Below, one piece after another: positions 1-10,096 of a DNA stretch of 64,000 nucleotides. Location: positions 1 through 64,000 of the forward strand of contig JBGSMD010000026.1 in NCBI GenBank assembly GCA_041740355.1, written 5' to 3'. The notes beneath the pieces are model-generated. The model was not told the DNA's origin and ran no database searches. It worked only from the letters and a program-made list of their open reading frames with translations. The stretch is from Bdellovibrionota bacterium (lineage in GTDB: Bacteria > Bdellovibrionota_C > UBA2361 > CALJRW01). The position numbers were made by a program, and so were the translations under genes. The number at the start of each line of letters is the position of its first letter. Position 1 is the first letter of the stretch.

Positions 1-3000
1 TAATTGATCTTCCTTAGTCACCAGATGTCTTTCTAATGTTAAATAGTAGCTATTGGCATAAGTATTATCAGAATAGCTCATCGGCGCTAAGGGAACATGA
101 GTGTTGCTTAGTAAAGTATAGGCACTAGCAAAGGGGCCTGCGTATTGAGTGCCAATTCTCACCTGAGATTTATCGACTTGATGCCCATCTTGTAAAGGTT
201 CCGGCAGTTGTTCTAAGTATGACTTGAAAAAATCCTCGTAAATAAGTTTTAGTTGAGCAATAGCACTAGCCTGTGCTGTAAAATTCTTATTAGTTTCAAT
301 ACTATCGCAGATCAAAACTCGTTTAGAATGATTAAGAGTACTTTCTGGGACAATTTCGGAAAGTTTATCTCCAGAACTAAAAGAATCTCTTAAAGTCGGA
401 AAGGGAACCTGCGCATCAAAATTCAAAGTTAAAACACTTTGAGCAACAGTCCTAGTAGCTTTTCCTTCAAGATCTAATTGCTGAATGGTAAACTGAACAC
501 AGTTAGGATTAAGCATGTAAATATTATTTTTTCCCGATCCAAAGGGCATACAACAAGCAGTGTCATCACCTGCCAAGACGGCATCAGGACTGCTTTTTAG
601 GTGAACCTTTGCTAAAAACCTGTTGGGTTTAGTATCAATTAGTTTTTCAGCTAGTAAAACTTCTAGTAAATGCTCTCGCACTTTAGCAACCGTTTCTTCC
701 GAAGGTTGGTATCCTTCCAAAACTACATCTGAAATGCGAACGCCCCCTTCCCGTCCCTCGCTTTGATGCGCTGAGTAAATAACTTTTTGAATGGCCGCCG
801 CATGTTGTGAAATAATTCTCTCCGGCAGTATCCCAACTACTTCGGTTTTTCTACTACCCAGCGTTTGAAGCAGAAGTTCCGCGATTGGTAATGTTTGCAG
901 ATCGGTTTCTAAAATTAAGCCGGGATTTGCAAAAGAATAAATTGTCTCACTTGCTGGCAAAACTTGAATCCTGTCTAATTTACCTTCAACTAATGCATCT
1001 CTAACTTCTTCCGCCGTCAGCCCAAGATGGGGAATTGCTAAATAGTTGGATGGTTTTTTGTCATTATGTAATTGGACTGGTGCATGGATGTCAGACCTTG
1101 CTAAAAATGTTTTTGGATCTTCCACAAACTCAAACAAAGCTTCGCAATTTACTTTGGAGCCAGGATAGAATGCAATTCTCTCAAAGTAATCAGCAAGCTT
1201 CGCTTGACCCGCTTCACGTAATTGACTTACTTTTTTAAGACTAGGTGCTTGATGAACTATTAACTGATTCCATTCAGAGTAGACTTTAAGTTCCCGCCAA
1301 CTGGCTAGTGTTTGGCTACGACTGGCAAAAGTATCGAGTCTTTCTTGTAAGTTGTCGTACCTTGCCAAATCAACATCTGCTAGTACTTTTTGTTTTAAGG
1401 TTTGTGGACCTTCTAAGCCGCGGTTAGCAATACTGTTAAAGTGATGCAAGGCGGTTCCTTCCGGGTATGTCGCATCATCCTGACTTACTTGTAGTAAAAG
1501 ATTTCCTAGTTGCTTATTGGATAATTGATAACCGGCGTCTTGATTAACTTTGTTTAATAAATTTTTAATATCAACTAAGGCAAAGCAAGCATCATGGTGA
1601 CTAATGTCTGTGCGGTTTATGTAGGCAAACATTACTCTATAACCAAATTGATCCGCTGCTTCTTTAAAGGGCAAACTTACTTCTTCAGCCCAACTGGATG
1701 AAGTTTCACTAAGATGTTGATAGATTTTTTGATAGTCCTCCTCTTGCAGTTTATCCTTGTTAAGACATAAATCTTCCACCAGTAAATAATCGGCAAGTCT
1801 AATTCCTAGTTTACTAGCTTGTTCTTTAAGTAAATCAACTCCAAATTTTGATTCGTTATCTTTCAGATGTTCATAAAAATTTGCTTCTGAAATAGCAAAG
1901 CGCTTAGTGAATGCAACTGGAATTGATGAAAAATATTCCAAGTCTTGAAGCACCGTCTGCCCTTTCCCTCTATCTAATGCAATTTCCAGCAAACGCTCAT
2001 CTGTCAGATCAGGGAAGTACGATCTATTCATAATAATTTTGTAAAGAAGTCCTGCATCAGTAACTTTTACGAAATTATCATCAGTATAGAATTGTATGAA
2101 TCGGGCATAGGTAAAAAAAAGGTTTGGTTCATGCCCTTGGAGTATTAGATCGACAAATTCTTGATCGATAGTAAAATCTTTAAAAGGACAAGAATCTGAA
2201 AAAAGTAATGTAGCACGATTCTCTCTAGCCATTTTCTTGACTACCTCATCGGTTGGAAAATCATCGATAAATTGATGTGTTTTAAAGATTACTTCTGGAG
2301 AATTTGTGCAATACGCAAGCGCGTATTTACCAGGCAATCGGTTGCTTTCGTTTAATACCAATGACACTAGACGAGGGTAGTCACGAAAATTTGTGATTTG
2401 ATATGCTTCCCACGAGGGAACAGCACTAGAGTCAACTGCTTGTTGATAACTTTCAAAAACTTTTTCTAGGATTTCAGAAAAACTTACCTGATCTAAGTTC
2501 GCAAGGTTACTTAAAACTGCTCGCCCATCGCCTTTTTTAATCAAATTAAAGACAAGTTCTCTTTGATCAAGTTCTGGAAAGCTTTGAGGAGCAGAACAAA
2601 CCACATCGGCACGACCTGAGATAATTAACAAATGTGAAGTTTCTAGGCTTAAATCTTTAAGTAAAGAAATATAACCATAAAGAGCTGCTGATCGCTCCGT
2701 CTGTAAATATTTATCAACTATCTGGTTATGATCTAGTTCCAAAAATTTATACAAATTTTTAGCGACAGCCTCTGGATATTTCCAATCAGGAAGGTGCTTT
2801 ACTGGATCCAGCATTAAGTCAAAAATTTCTTGCTTATTCAATGATTGAAATGAATCAAGATTTTCCAATAAAGTGATACCATGATTATATCTTATTAACT
2901 GAAGGGCAATTGCTTGGTGTTGTTCGTCTGGGAAAAAATCTATCTGTTTGGCAACCGCTTGTAAGTCTGAAGTGATATTATCATCTAGTAACAAATGACT

Positions 3001-4590
3001 AATGTAAGCATAATTAATATTTTGAAAATCTTTATATCGACCCAAGAAATCTTTTGCTTGGTCATTATTTATTAATTGTATAGCTAGTAATTCATGATTA
3101 TCATGATCGATTGTTTTTAGTAGTAAATCTAATACTTCTGTAGAAACGCTTTTATCTACACTGCTCTTGGGTGTTATCATCCACTCGATAATGTCTTGAT
3201 CACTTACATTTGGAAATTTTTCTCGATTATTTAAGAAATAACAAAATCCCTCTTCCTGTTTGAAATTGGCAATCATTTCTTTTGCTAATACTCGCAAATC
3301 TAGATTTTGGAACTCTGATAGATGATTAATCAAATCGGGTAATCCAAGCCGCGCGAGCTTCATTGCATACTCCTGACCTAAAGGAACAAAGCTCTTTAGG
3401 TTTGCTAGAATGAACCTCGCATTAAGAACAACATTCACTGAGTCTGTGATGAGATGTGAGGCAATCTCTGAACTTAACCCTGACCACGATTCTAAATTCA
3501 TTGCTAACGCTCGGGTGCCCCATTTCGCAATTATTGCTTCTGCTAAAGTATTAGTAGGACCACCAAAAGCATCTGGGTTATCAAGAACTGGAGCAATATA
3601 GCTATGATTTATTAAACTAAGAGCCACATCTTCGGTTAAACAAGAAAACTGACTGGGATGTTTAGCAACAACCTCCGCAAGATTATAATCTTGGACAAAA
3701 GTCTCTGCTATTCTTGTGGGAAGGATCTCAAAAGCAGTTAGTTTATCCTTTAATTGATATTTTTGATCTGCGTTTAATTCTCCTTGCCCAAGAATTGCAT
3801 CCATAACAACTACTCCCCACCTCTCTATGCGTTTTGGATCGATAATCTTCCAGATTAAGGGATGAGTTGGATCTTTTTTAATTAACTCCGCTAGTAGCTG
3901 CGAACCTTCTTCTGGAGAACCTATGCTTGTTATTACTTGAGTAGCTATATTAGCTACTTCATTTTGAAAATGCTTACCTCGATTAACAGTTTTATTCCCA
4001 TACTCAAAAATACTGGCCAGTATTTCATGCGTATCAAGATCTTTAAATGAGTTCTGATTCTGGACTACTTCTTTTACATAGCCTCTTTGAATTAATGTTT
4101 TACCAATCTCAGCATCTAAATTCTCAAAATCTGACAAACTAGATGCAAGTCTTCTTTCACCCCGATTCTCTAAGCAGGCTTGAGCAAGTTTAATATGTAA
4201 ATCTAATGGAACTGCAGTGAAATTATCTAAACAGGCATTAAATAAATTACATTCTATTAACCGCTTACAAAGCTCACTTCCTGGAGGCTTAAAATATGTA
4301 GCAATCAAATATTCAAACAATTGACTTGGATCTTCTTTTCCTTTTTGCGTAGGATCTTTTTCGCAAAGTGCTACGACAAATAGAGCTTCTCGCTCAGATT
4401 TTGTCATTGACCCAAGCTCGATTGCTAAAATTTCAGCTAATTTTATGGCTTCGTCCTCATTGGGAGATTTCATTATTTGGACAGCACGGGCACTTAGATC
4501 TAAAACCATTGGTAAGGCGTTATGCTGGATTTCATCTGCTACTTGCTCAGGAACTTTTCCAGAAGGAGTAGATCTTACTGTATTAACCAT
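1..4590 (-). CDS. Very large (>1,530 aa) helical-repeat protein with a conserved-looking C-terminal domain; partial, runs off the left edge
   Basis: ATG at 4590 (MVNTVRSTPSGKVPEQ...). Every block I hand-translated is open, and the ORF track lists no terminated minus-strand ORF here, consistent with no stop before position 1. Recurrent FxxLDxxxIxxxLI units; C-terminal AGDDTACCMPFGSGKNNIYM...LICDSIE. Confidence 0.85.
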   Translation of the reverse strand, partial: MVNTVRSTPSGKVPEQVADEIQHNALPMVLDLSARAVQIMKSPNEDEAIKLAEILAIELGSMTKSEREALFVVALCEKDPTQKGKEDPSQLFEYLIATYFKPPGSELCKRLIECNLFNACLDNFTAVPLDLHIKLAQACLENRGERRLASSLSDFENLDAEIGKTLIQRGYVKEVVQNQNSFKDLDTHEILASIFEYGNKTVNRGKHFQNEVANIATQVITSIGSPEEGSQLLAELIKKDPTHPLIWKIIDPKRIERWGVVVMDAILGQGELNADQKYQLKDKLTAFEILPTRIAETFVQDYNLAEVVAKHPSQFSCLTEDVALSLINHSYIAPVLDNPDAFGGPTNTLAEAIIAKWGTRALAMNLESWSGLSSEIASHLITDSVNVVLNARFILANLKSFVPLGQEYAMKLARLGLPDLINHLSEFQNLDLRVLAKEMIANFKQEEGFCYFLNNREKFPNVSDQDIIEWMITPKSSVDKSVSTEVLDLLLKTIDHDNHELLAIQLINNDQAKDFLGRYKDFQNINYAYISHLLLDDNITSDLQAVAKQIDFFPDEQHQAIALQLIRYNHGITLLENLDSFQSLNKQEIFDLMLDPVKHLPDWKYPEAVAKNLYKFLELDHNQIVDKYLQTERSAALYGYISLLKDLSLETSHLLIISGRADVVCSAPQSFPELDQRELVFNLIKKGDGRAVLSNLANLDQVSFSEILEKVFESYQQAVDSSAVPSWEAYQITNFRDYPRLVSLVLNESNRLPGKYALAYCTNSPEVIFKTHQFIDDFPTDEVVKKMARENRATLLFSDSCPFKDFTIDQEFVDLILQGHEPNLFFTYARFIQFYTDDNFVKVTDAGLLYKIIMNRSYFPDLTDERLLEIALDRGKGQTVLQDLEYFSSIPVAFTKRFAISEANFYEHLKDNESKFGVDLLKEQASKLGIRLADYLLVEDLCLNKDKLQEEDYQKIYQHLSETSSSWAEEVSLPFKEAADQFGYRVMFAYINRTDISHHDACFALVDIKNLLNKVNQDAGYQLSNKQLGNLLLQVSQDDATYPEGTALHHFNSIANRGLEGPQTLKQKVLADVDLARYDNLQERLDTFASRSQTLASWRELKVYSEWNQLIVHQAPSLKKVSQLREAGQAKLADYFERIAFYPGSKVNCEALFEFVEDPKTFLARSDIHAPVQLHNDKKPSNYLAIPHLGLTAEEVRDALVEGKLDRIQVLPASETIYSFANPGLILETDLQTLPIAELLLQTLGSRKTEVVGILPERIISQHAAAIQKVIYSAHQSEGREGGVRISDVVLEGYQPSEETVAKVREHLLEVLLAEKLIDTKPNRFLAKVHLKSSPDAVLAGDDTACCMPFGSGKNNIYMLNPNCVQFTIQQLDLEGKATRTVAQSVLTLNFDAQVPFPTLRDSFSSGDKLSEIVPESTLNHSKRVLICDSIETNKNFTAQASAIAQLKLIYEDFFKSYLEQLPEPLQDGHQVDKSQVRIGTQYAGPFASAYTLLSNTHVPLAPMSYSDNTYANSYYLTLERHLVTKEDQL

Positions 4591-4825
4591 TATCGATTAG
4601 CGGAAATTTTAGAATTTTTTTTGTAAAAAATATTTACCAGGGGTTTATCTTAATTCGACTGGAGATTAACTTAAATCAAGGTATTTTTTGGGAATTGCGC
4701 CTATTTAATAAACTTAATATTGGCATTTAGAATAGCTTCCCTTGAATAGATCGCTGATTGAACCCCTTGCTTGTTAATCATTCATAAGAGATAACTAGTT
4801 AAAATATTTAATCTTTACACATTTT

Positions 4826-7800
4826 GTGCCTCATTTAAAATCAAGCTTTCGATATTTTCTAGTAGTTTTAGGTGGTGGAGCCTTTAATGATAACTTCTTT
4901 AAAATCATCCTCCTCACTTTAATTGCCAGTCATCACACAGGAACGGAAAAGACCAAGTTAATCAGTTTAACAGGCGCACTTTTAGTTTTACCATTTATTA
5001 TTTTTTCTCCCTTAGCAGGTTGGTTAGCTGATCGCTTTAGTAAATCAAGAATTGCCCTGATCACCCGCTTAGTCGAGCCAAGCTTCATTATCCTGGGAAG
5101 CTATTTCATGTTTACAGAAAATATCGCTGGTCTACTTTTTGTCCTTTTCTTATTCGGGTTACAGAGTGCTTTATTTAGTCCCAGTAAATTTGGAATTATT
5201 CCAGAACTTGTTCATCATAGTGAACTGACTCGAGCTAATGGTTATGTCGAGATGGTTACTTTCATGGGAATTCTTCTCGGAACGGCTGTTGGTGGACAAC
5301 TTCATCTAATTCCAATTGATTTTAAGATTTCTTCGATAATTATTTTATCAACAGTTTTATTAATTGCAATTTACTCCGCAACTAAAATTAGAAAAACACC
5401 GGCACAAAACCCCGATCTAAAATTAGACTTCAATTTGCTTAGAAATTTCTACATTAACCTAAAAGAGATTCGGTCCAATCGTAATTTATTCTTGGTGCTG
5501 CTAGCTAGCTCTTGGTTTTGGTTTGTGGGTGGACTTACACAACTAAGTATCTTTTTGTATCCCGAACAAATGCCTAACATCCCGGAACATGCCATCGGAT
5601 ATATTTTAACTGCACTAATCTTAGGGATTGGTTCTGGCAGTGCGCTTGTGGGCCGACTTTCCCATAGTAGAGTTGAATTAGGGATAGTACCTGTCGCTTC
5701 ATTTATCCTCGGCTTAGCAGCCATTTCTTTAGGGACATTTGCTGACACACTGATTACTATTATAATTTGTTTCCTGATTTTAGGATTTGCTGCTGGATTC
5801 TACATTGTACCACTAAATGCTTATTTTCAAGCACACAGCCCTGTAAAAAAACGAGGTAATTATTTAGCAGCATCGAACATTATCTTTAATCTTTTTATTC
5901 TCTTAGCAAGTTTTGCTTTGTGGTTTTTTAATGGCTTCTTAGGTTTAGATGTTCAAGATGTCTTTTTGATCCTTGGTTTAATTTCCTTTGTGCTAACTGT
6001 TATTTCTTTTCAAGTGATGCCAGAGCTCTCGCTTCGCTGCCTCAATTGGATCCTAACAAATACTCTCTACAAATTAAAAATTGCGGGTGAGCAACATATA
6101 CCTAAACACTCCGGAGCCTTACTTGTTGGAAATCATATGTCATATGCCGATGCCTTAATTGTGCTAGCAGCCAGTAAACGTCCAGTGCGGTTCATTATGC
6201 ATAAAGCAATTTTTAAGATTCCTGTGATTAACTTAATTGTTCGTGGTGTTAATGTAATTCCAATTGATGGAAAAGATAGGAAAGGGAGTGTTGAGTGGGC
6301 TTTAAATGAAGCAAGCGAGGCAATTAAAAATGGCGAGCTTGTTTGTATCTTTGCAGAAGGACAGTTAACAAGGAATGGCAATCTAAATAGCTTTAGAAAA
6401 GGGCTAGAAAGGATTATGGCTAATTGCGAAGAGCCAATCATTCCTTTTTACTTGGATCAAGTCTGGGGAAGTTTATTTAGTTTTTCTAAAGGCAAATTTT
6501 TTTGGAAAATACCTGACCAAATCCCCTATCCGCTAGCTATAAAGTTTGGGCGACATCTACCTGCTAAAAGTACTGCTTTTGAGGTACGACAAAAAGTTGC
6601 CGAGCTTGGTGCAGAGGCATTTCAGTTGCGGGCAGAAGCAGAAGAACGCTTGGATTTTCGTTTAATATCTTCACTTTGCAAACGCCGATACCAAACGATC
6701 ATCTTCAATTCTAAAATTAAAGTTAAAGGAATTAGATTTTTACGGGACGTCTTAAACCTTAATCAAGCTTTAAAACAAAAGTTCTCTACAACAAAGCCAG
6801 TCGGAATTCAGGTTGACGAGCCATATCTACAAGGATTAGTGAACGCAGCCTTAAGCTTCAGTCAGCAACCTGTAGTGAACATTGATTCCAAATGGAGTAA
6901 CGAATTCATTAATAAAGTTTACCTTGATAGCCAAGTTGAAGTTTTAGTAATCAATCAGTTAAAACCTAAGGTTGTCTCCGAACAAATTACCTATTTTCAA
7001 CTAGACGAGCTTCTAAAAGGTATTACAAAATCTACTAGAATAATGAATTGGTTCCTTTCTTTTGCTCCAAGTAAATTAATCAAAGTTTTAACTAGAAATG
7101 ATGGTCAAGGATCGGACCCCTTAGCAATTTTTTATGATCCCAAAAAGAGTGAGTTAAAAGGAGTTACCCTTTCTCACGCTAATGTTAGTTCGAACATTTC
7201 GGCACTTTATCAAGTTTTAAGACTAAGTCATAAAGATCAAATTGAAGCCCTGTTAAATTTAAATACAGCTTTTGGGCTTTCACTTAATTTTTGGTTGCCA
7301 CTACTCTCCGGGGTTAAGATAAGTTACCACAATGATTTGGACCGAAATTTCGATTCTAATATTATTTTTCTTACACCCAAGATTGCTGAGAACATTATTG
7401 AGCATACATTTGACCAACAACTTTCTAGCTTTAAATACATAATTAATGTGGCAGATCATTTAGATCCTGATTTAGATTTAGAATTCGATGACCGTTTCCA
7501 CTTAAATATCCTGGAAAGCTTCGGGCAGAGTGAGTTATCTCCCCTGCTTTCTTTAAATATTCCAGATGTTGATCTACCAGAGGCTAAACAGATTGGTAGA
7601 AAATCTGGGACAGTAGGTCATCCACTTCCAAATATCTGTGTAAAAATTATTAATCCTGATACCAGCGAGCAACTAGGCGTAGGAGAATTTGGTATGGTAA
7701 TGGTCAAAGGCGCTAACGTTTTTCTTGGATATTGGAACAATCTTAATGCTACTAATCAAGTCAAAAATGAGGATTGGTACAACACCGGAGTAATTGGTGC

Positions 7801-7876
7801 GATTGATTTAGATGGATTTTTGACACTTAAAAACTTAAGCTTAGAGAAAGCACCTTTTGAAGTTCAGAATTATTAA
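4826..7876 (+). CDS. aas: MFS (LplT-like) + PlsC-type acyltransferase + degenerate AMP-binding domain fusion (Aas-like)
   Basis: GAFNDNFFK and GWLADRFSK MFS motifs; NHMSYAD (NHxxxxD) and IFAEGQLTRNG acyltransferase motifs; KGVTLSH and GTVGHPLP remnants of the synthetase domain. Confidence 0.85.
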   Translation: MPHLKSSFRYFLVVLGGGAFNDNFFKIILLTLIASHHTGTEKTKLISLTGALLVLPFIIFSPLAGWLADRFSKSRIALITRLVEPSFIILGSYFMFTENIAGLLFVLFLFGLQSALFSPSKFGIIPELVHHSELTRANGYVEMVTFMGILLGTAVGGQLHLIPIDFKISSIIILSTVLLIAIYSATKIRKTPAQNPDLKLDFNLLRNFYINLKEIRSNRNLFLVLLASSWFWFVGGLTQLSIFLYPEQMPNIPEHAIGYILTALILGIGSGSALVGRLSHSRVELGIVPVASFILGLAAISLGTFADTLITIIICFLILGFAAGFYIVPLNAYFQAHSPVKKRGNYLAASNIIFNLFILLASFALWFFNGFLGLDVQDVFLILGLISFVLTVISFQVMPELSLRCLNWILTNTLYKLKIAGEQHIPKHSGALLVGNHMSYADALIVLAASKRPVRFIMHKAIFKIPVINLIVRGVNVIPIDGKDRKGSVEWALNEASEAIKNGELVCIFAEGQLTRNGNLNSFRKGLERIMANCEEPIIPFYLDQVWGSLFSFSKGKFFWKIPDQIPYPLAIKFGRHLPAKSTAFEVRQKVAELGAEAFQLRAEAEERLDFRLISSLCKRRYQTIIFNSKIKVKGIRFLRDVLNLNQALKQKFSTTKPVGIQVDEPYLQGLVNAALSFSQQPVVNIDSKWSNEFINKVYLDSQVEVLVINQLKPKVVSEQITYFQLDELLKGITKSTRIMNWFLSFAPSKLIKVLTRNDGQGSDPLAIFYDPKKSELKGVTLSHANVSSNISALYQVLRLSHKDQIEALLNLNTAFGLSLNFWLPLLSGVKISYHNDLDRNFDSNIIFLTPKIAENIIEHTFDQQLSSFKYIINVADHLDPDLDLEFDDRFHLNILESFGQSELSPLLSLNIPDVDLPEAKQIGRKSGTVGHPLPNICVKIINPDTSEQLGVGEFGMVMVKGANVFLGYWNNLNATNQVKNEDWYNTGVIGAIDLDGFLTLKNLSLEKAPFEVQNY

Positions 7877-8714
7877 ATTCGCTGACAATCGTCGCTCCAA
7901 GAATCATTCCAATAACAAGACCACGAGCGGCCGAATCGCCACCAGATAATAAGTTTTGAGTTAGAGCCTCAGAAAGATTACTCGAGTACTTTAAAATTAA
8001 ATATAAGCTGGCTGGCAGGGCTCCATTAATTGTGCACCCCTGCCCTAATTTAACAATAGCATCCCGTGGTTCTAAGTGTAAATTTTCCTTGGCTTTTTCT
8101 AAACTTAATTTCAAAAAATCTGCACTCATTGTCTTACTTACTGCTTGCTCTAAGGCAACCTCTAACTCGGCGCCCGAGATTACTGCCAGTGAAGTTTCAA
8201 TTAAAAACTCAGCAGTATCAATGACCAAAGAATTGTTATGCGTGAAAGCTGTTTGTGCTCGAGCTGCTTCAATTATTTGAGCCGGGGAATGGCTGGGTAG
8301 CAAACTTAATAAGCCGGCAATGCGTGCTGCACCTCCAAGATCACTTGACTTGGAGCCTGCTAGCTTAATTGCTTGCCCTGATTCTAAATTGCTGATGGTA
8401 GCTTTTGTGGCACCATCATAGTAACCAGCGTAATTTCTGAAAAAATCTTTCCAATCATTTGCGAAACTTTCCAATTTAAATGTGGACTCTTTAATGATCG
8501 ATTTTAATAAAACAACCGCCTGATCTCCGTAGTGTGTATGTTCTCCTAAGCTTTTTTTATTATGGTATTTATTATGACTTGGAGAGTGGAGCTTTGTTAG
8601 ATCTAGCTTTAGATTAGCAATCTCTTCTTGATCATAGATCCAATGAACTGGGAGAGCTAATGAATCGGCGAGTAAGCTTGCCTTAATTGAATTATTTATA
8701 GAGTTTCTATTCAT
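7827..8714 (-). CDS. ADP-ribosylglycohydrolase family protein
   Basis: ADSLALPVHWIYD, HTHYGDQ and GGDSAARG motifs. Confidence 0.85.
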   Translation of the reverse strand: MNRNSINNSIKASLLADSLALPVHWIYDQEEIANLKLDLTKLHSPSHNKYHNKKSLGEHTHYGDQAVVLLKSIIKESTFKLESFANDWKDFFRNYAGYYDGATKATISNLESGQAIKLAGSKSSDLGGAARIAGLLSLLPSHSPAQIIEAARAQTAFTHNNSLVIDTAEFLIETSLAVISGAELEVALEQAVSKTMSADFLKLSLEKAKENLHLEPRDAIVKLGQGCTINGALPASLYLILKYSSNLSEALTQNLLSGGDSAARGLVIGMILGATIVSEFNNSELQKVLSLSLSF

Positions 8715-8770
8715 AATTTATTTATAAATTACTTTTTGTGATTACTAAATTTTTTGCTATAATATTTTTC

Positions 8771-9884
8771 ATGGATTGGAATGAAATAAATTATCAGTTT
8801 AACGAATTAAAACAAAGGCACGCCAAGTTAAAGGAGTTTCTTTGACCTCGATTCTTTAACAGGCAAACTTGCTAAATTAGAAGCAGAGATGCATCGTGAT
8901 GATTTTTGGAATGACCAACAGAGGGCTACAAAGATCTCTCAAGAAAAGTCTCAAAACCAAGAAATAGTTAATAGTTTCAATAGGTTATCTTCCTTAAGAG
9001 ATGATACTGAAACAGCATTAGAACTTGCTAAAGAAGATTCTGATTTTACCGCAGAGGCTGAAGGTACCCTACTAAAATTCATTGATGAACTTAATTCTAG
9101 AGAATTTATCTGTAAGATGAGTGGACCTCATGACAACTCCCCCGCTCTCTTAGAAATCAATGGAGGCTCAGGTGGAACGGAGGCACAAGATTGGGCCGAG
9201 ATGCTAATGCGAATGTATACTCGCTGGGCTGAGCGTAAGAATTTTAAAGTTGAAGTTTTAGATTATTCCCCTGGCGAAGAAGCCGGCTTAAAAGGGGTGA
9301 CCATTTCAATAGTTGGACCCTATGCCTATGGGCACCTAAAAGCTGAGCAAGGAGTTCACCGATTGGTACGCATCTCCCCTTTTGACGCCAACTCTAAACG
9401 ACACACTTCATTTGCTGCTGTTTCAGTCACACCAGATATTGCTGAAGATATAGTTGTTGACATTAATCCTGATGATTTAAGAATTGATACCTATCGCTCC
9501 TCCGGTGCAGGTGGTCAACACGTTAACACAACAGACTCAGCTGTTCGAATTACTCACATTCCAACAAACACTGTTGTTGCCTGTCAAAATGAGAGATCTC
9601 AACATAAAAACAAGGACAGAGCCATGAAAATGCTTAATTCTAAGCTTTTTGAGCTTTTGACGGAGCAACAGGCTGAAAAACTAGATGAACTTAAAGGTGA
9701 AAGGAAGAAGATTGACTACGGGAGCCAGATTCGATCCTACGTCCTCCACCCATACCAAATGGTTAAAGACTTAAGAACACAATTTGAAACTTCCGATACA
9801 GGAGGAGTTTTGGATGGTAAGATCGACGGTTTTATAGAAGCCTTTCTAATGAATAACAAGTCCTCCAAAAATACTACAATTTAA
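8771..9884 (+). CDS. prfB: Peptide chain release factor 2, expressed via programmed +1 frameshift
   Basis: ATG at 8771; 24 codons to CTT-TGA-C (8840-8846) preceded by internal AGGAG. The +1 frame joins the 8889 ORF, which has SPF and GGQ motifs. Confidence 0.97.
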
Positions 9885-9937
9885 AAAAGATAAAGAAATT
9901 GATAATTTAGTAATCGATTTTTCTTAGTAAGTTTTTG

Positions 9938-9967
9938 TTGACTTCCAAGTGCTAAAAGCAATAAACT
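9938..9967 (+). promoter_or_regulatory. Candidate sigma70 promoter
   Basis: TTGACT-18 bp-TAAACT upstream of the 10097 ORF. Confidence 0.4.
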
Positions 9968-10096
9968 TGCCCTACGTTTAGTACGATATTTACTAAGCTA
10001 AATTGCTTTGTTCGGATAGACACCTACTAGTAGCATGTAGTTAATTGATGAAAATTATCTACTAGGAGTTGATCTTTTACCAACTTTGGAAGGTAA

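Noticed and set aside
1035-4571. Short plus-strand ORFs at 1035, 3410 and 4368
   Set aside because: Antisense shadows of the large minus-strand gene
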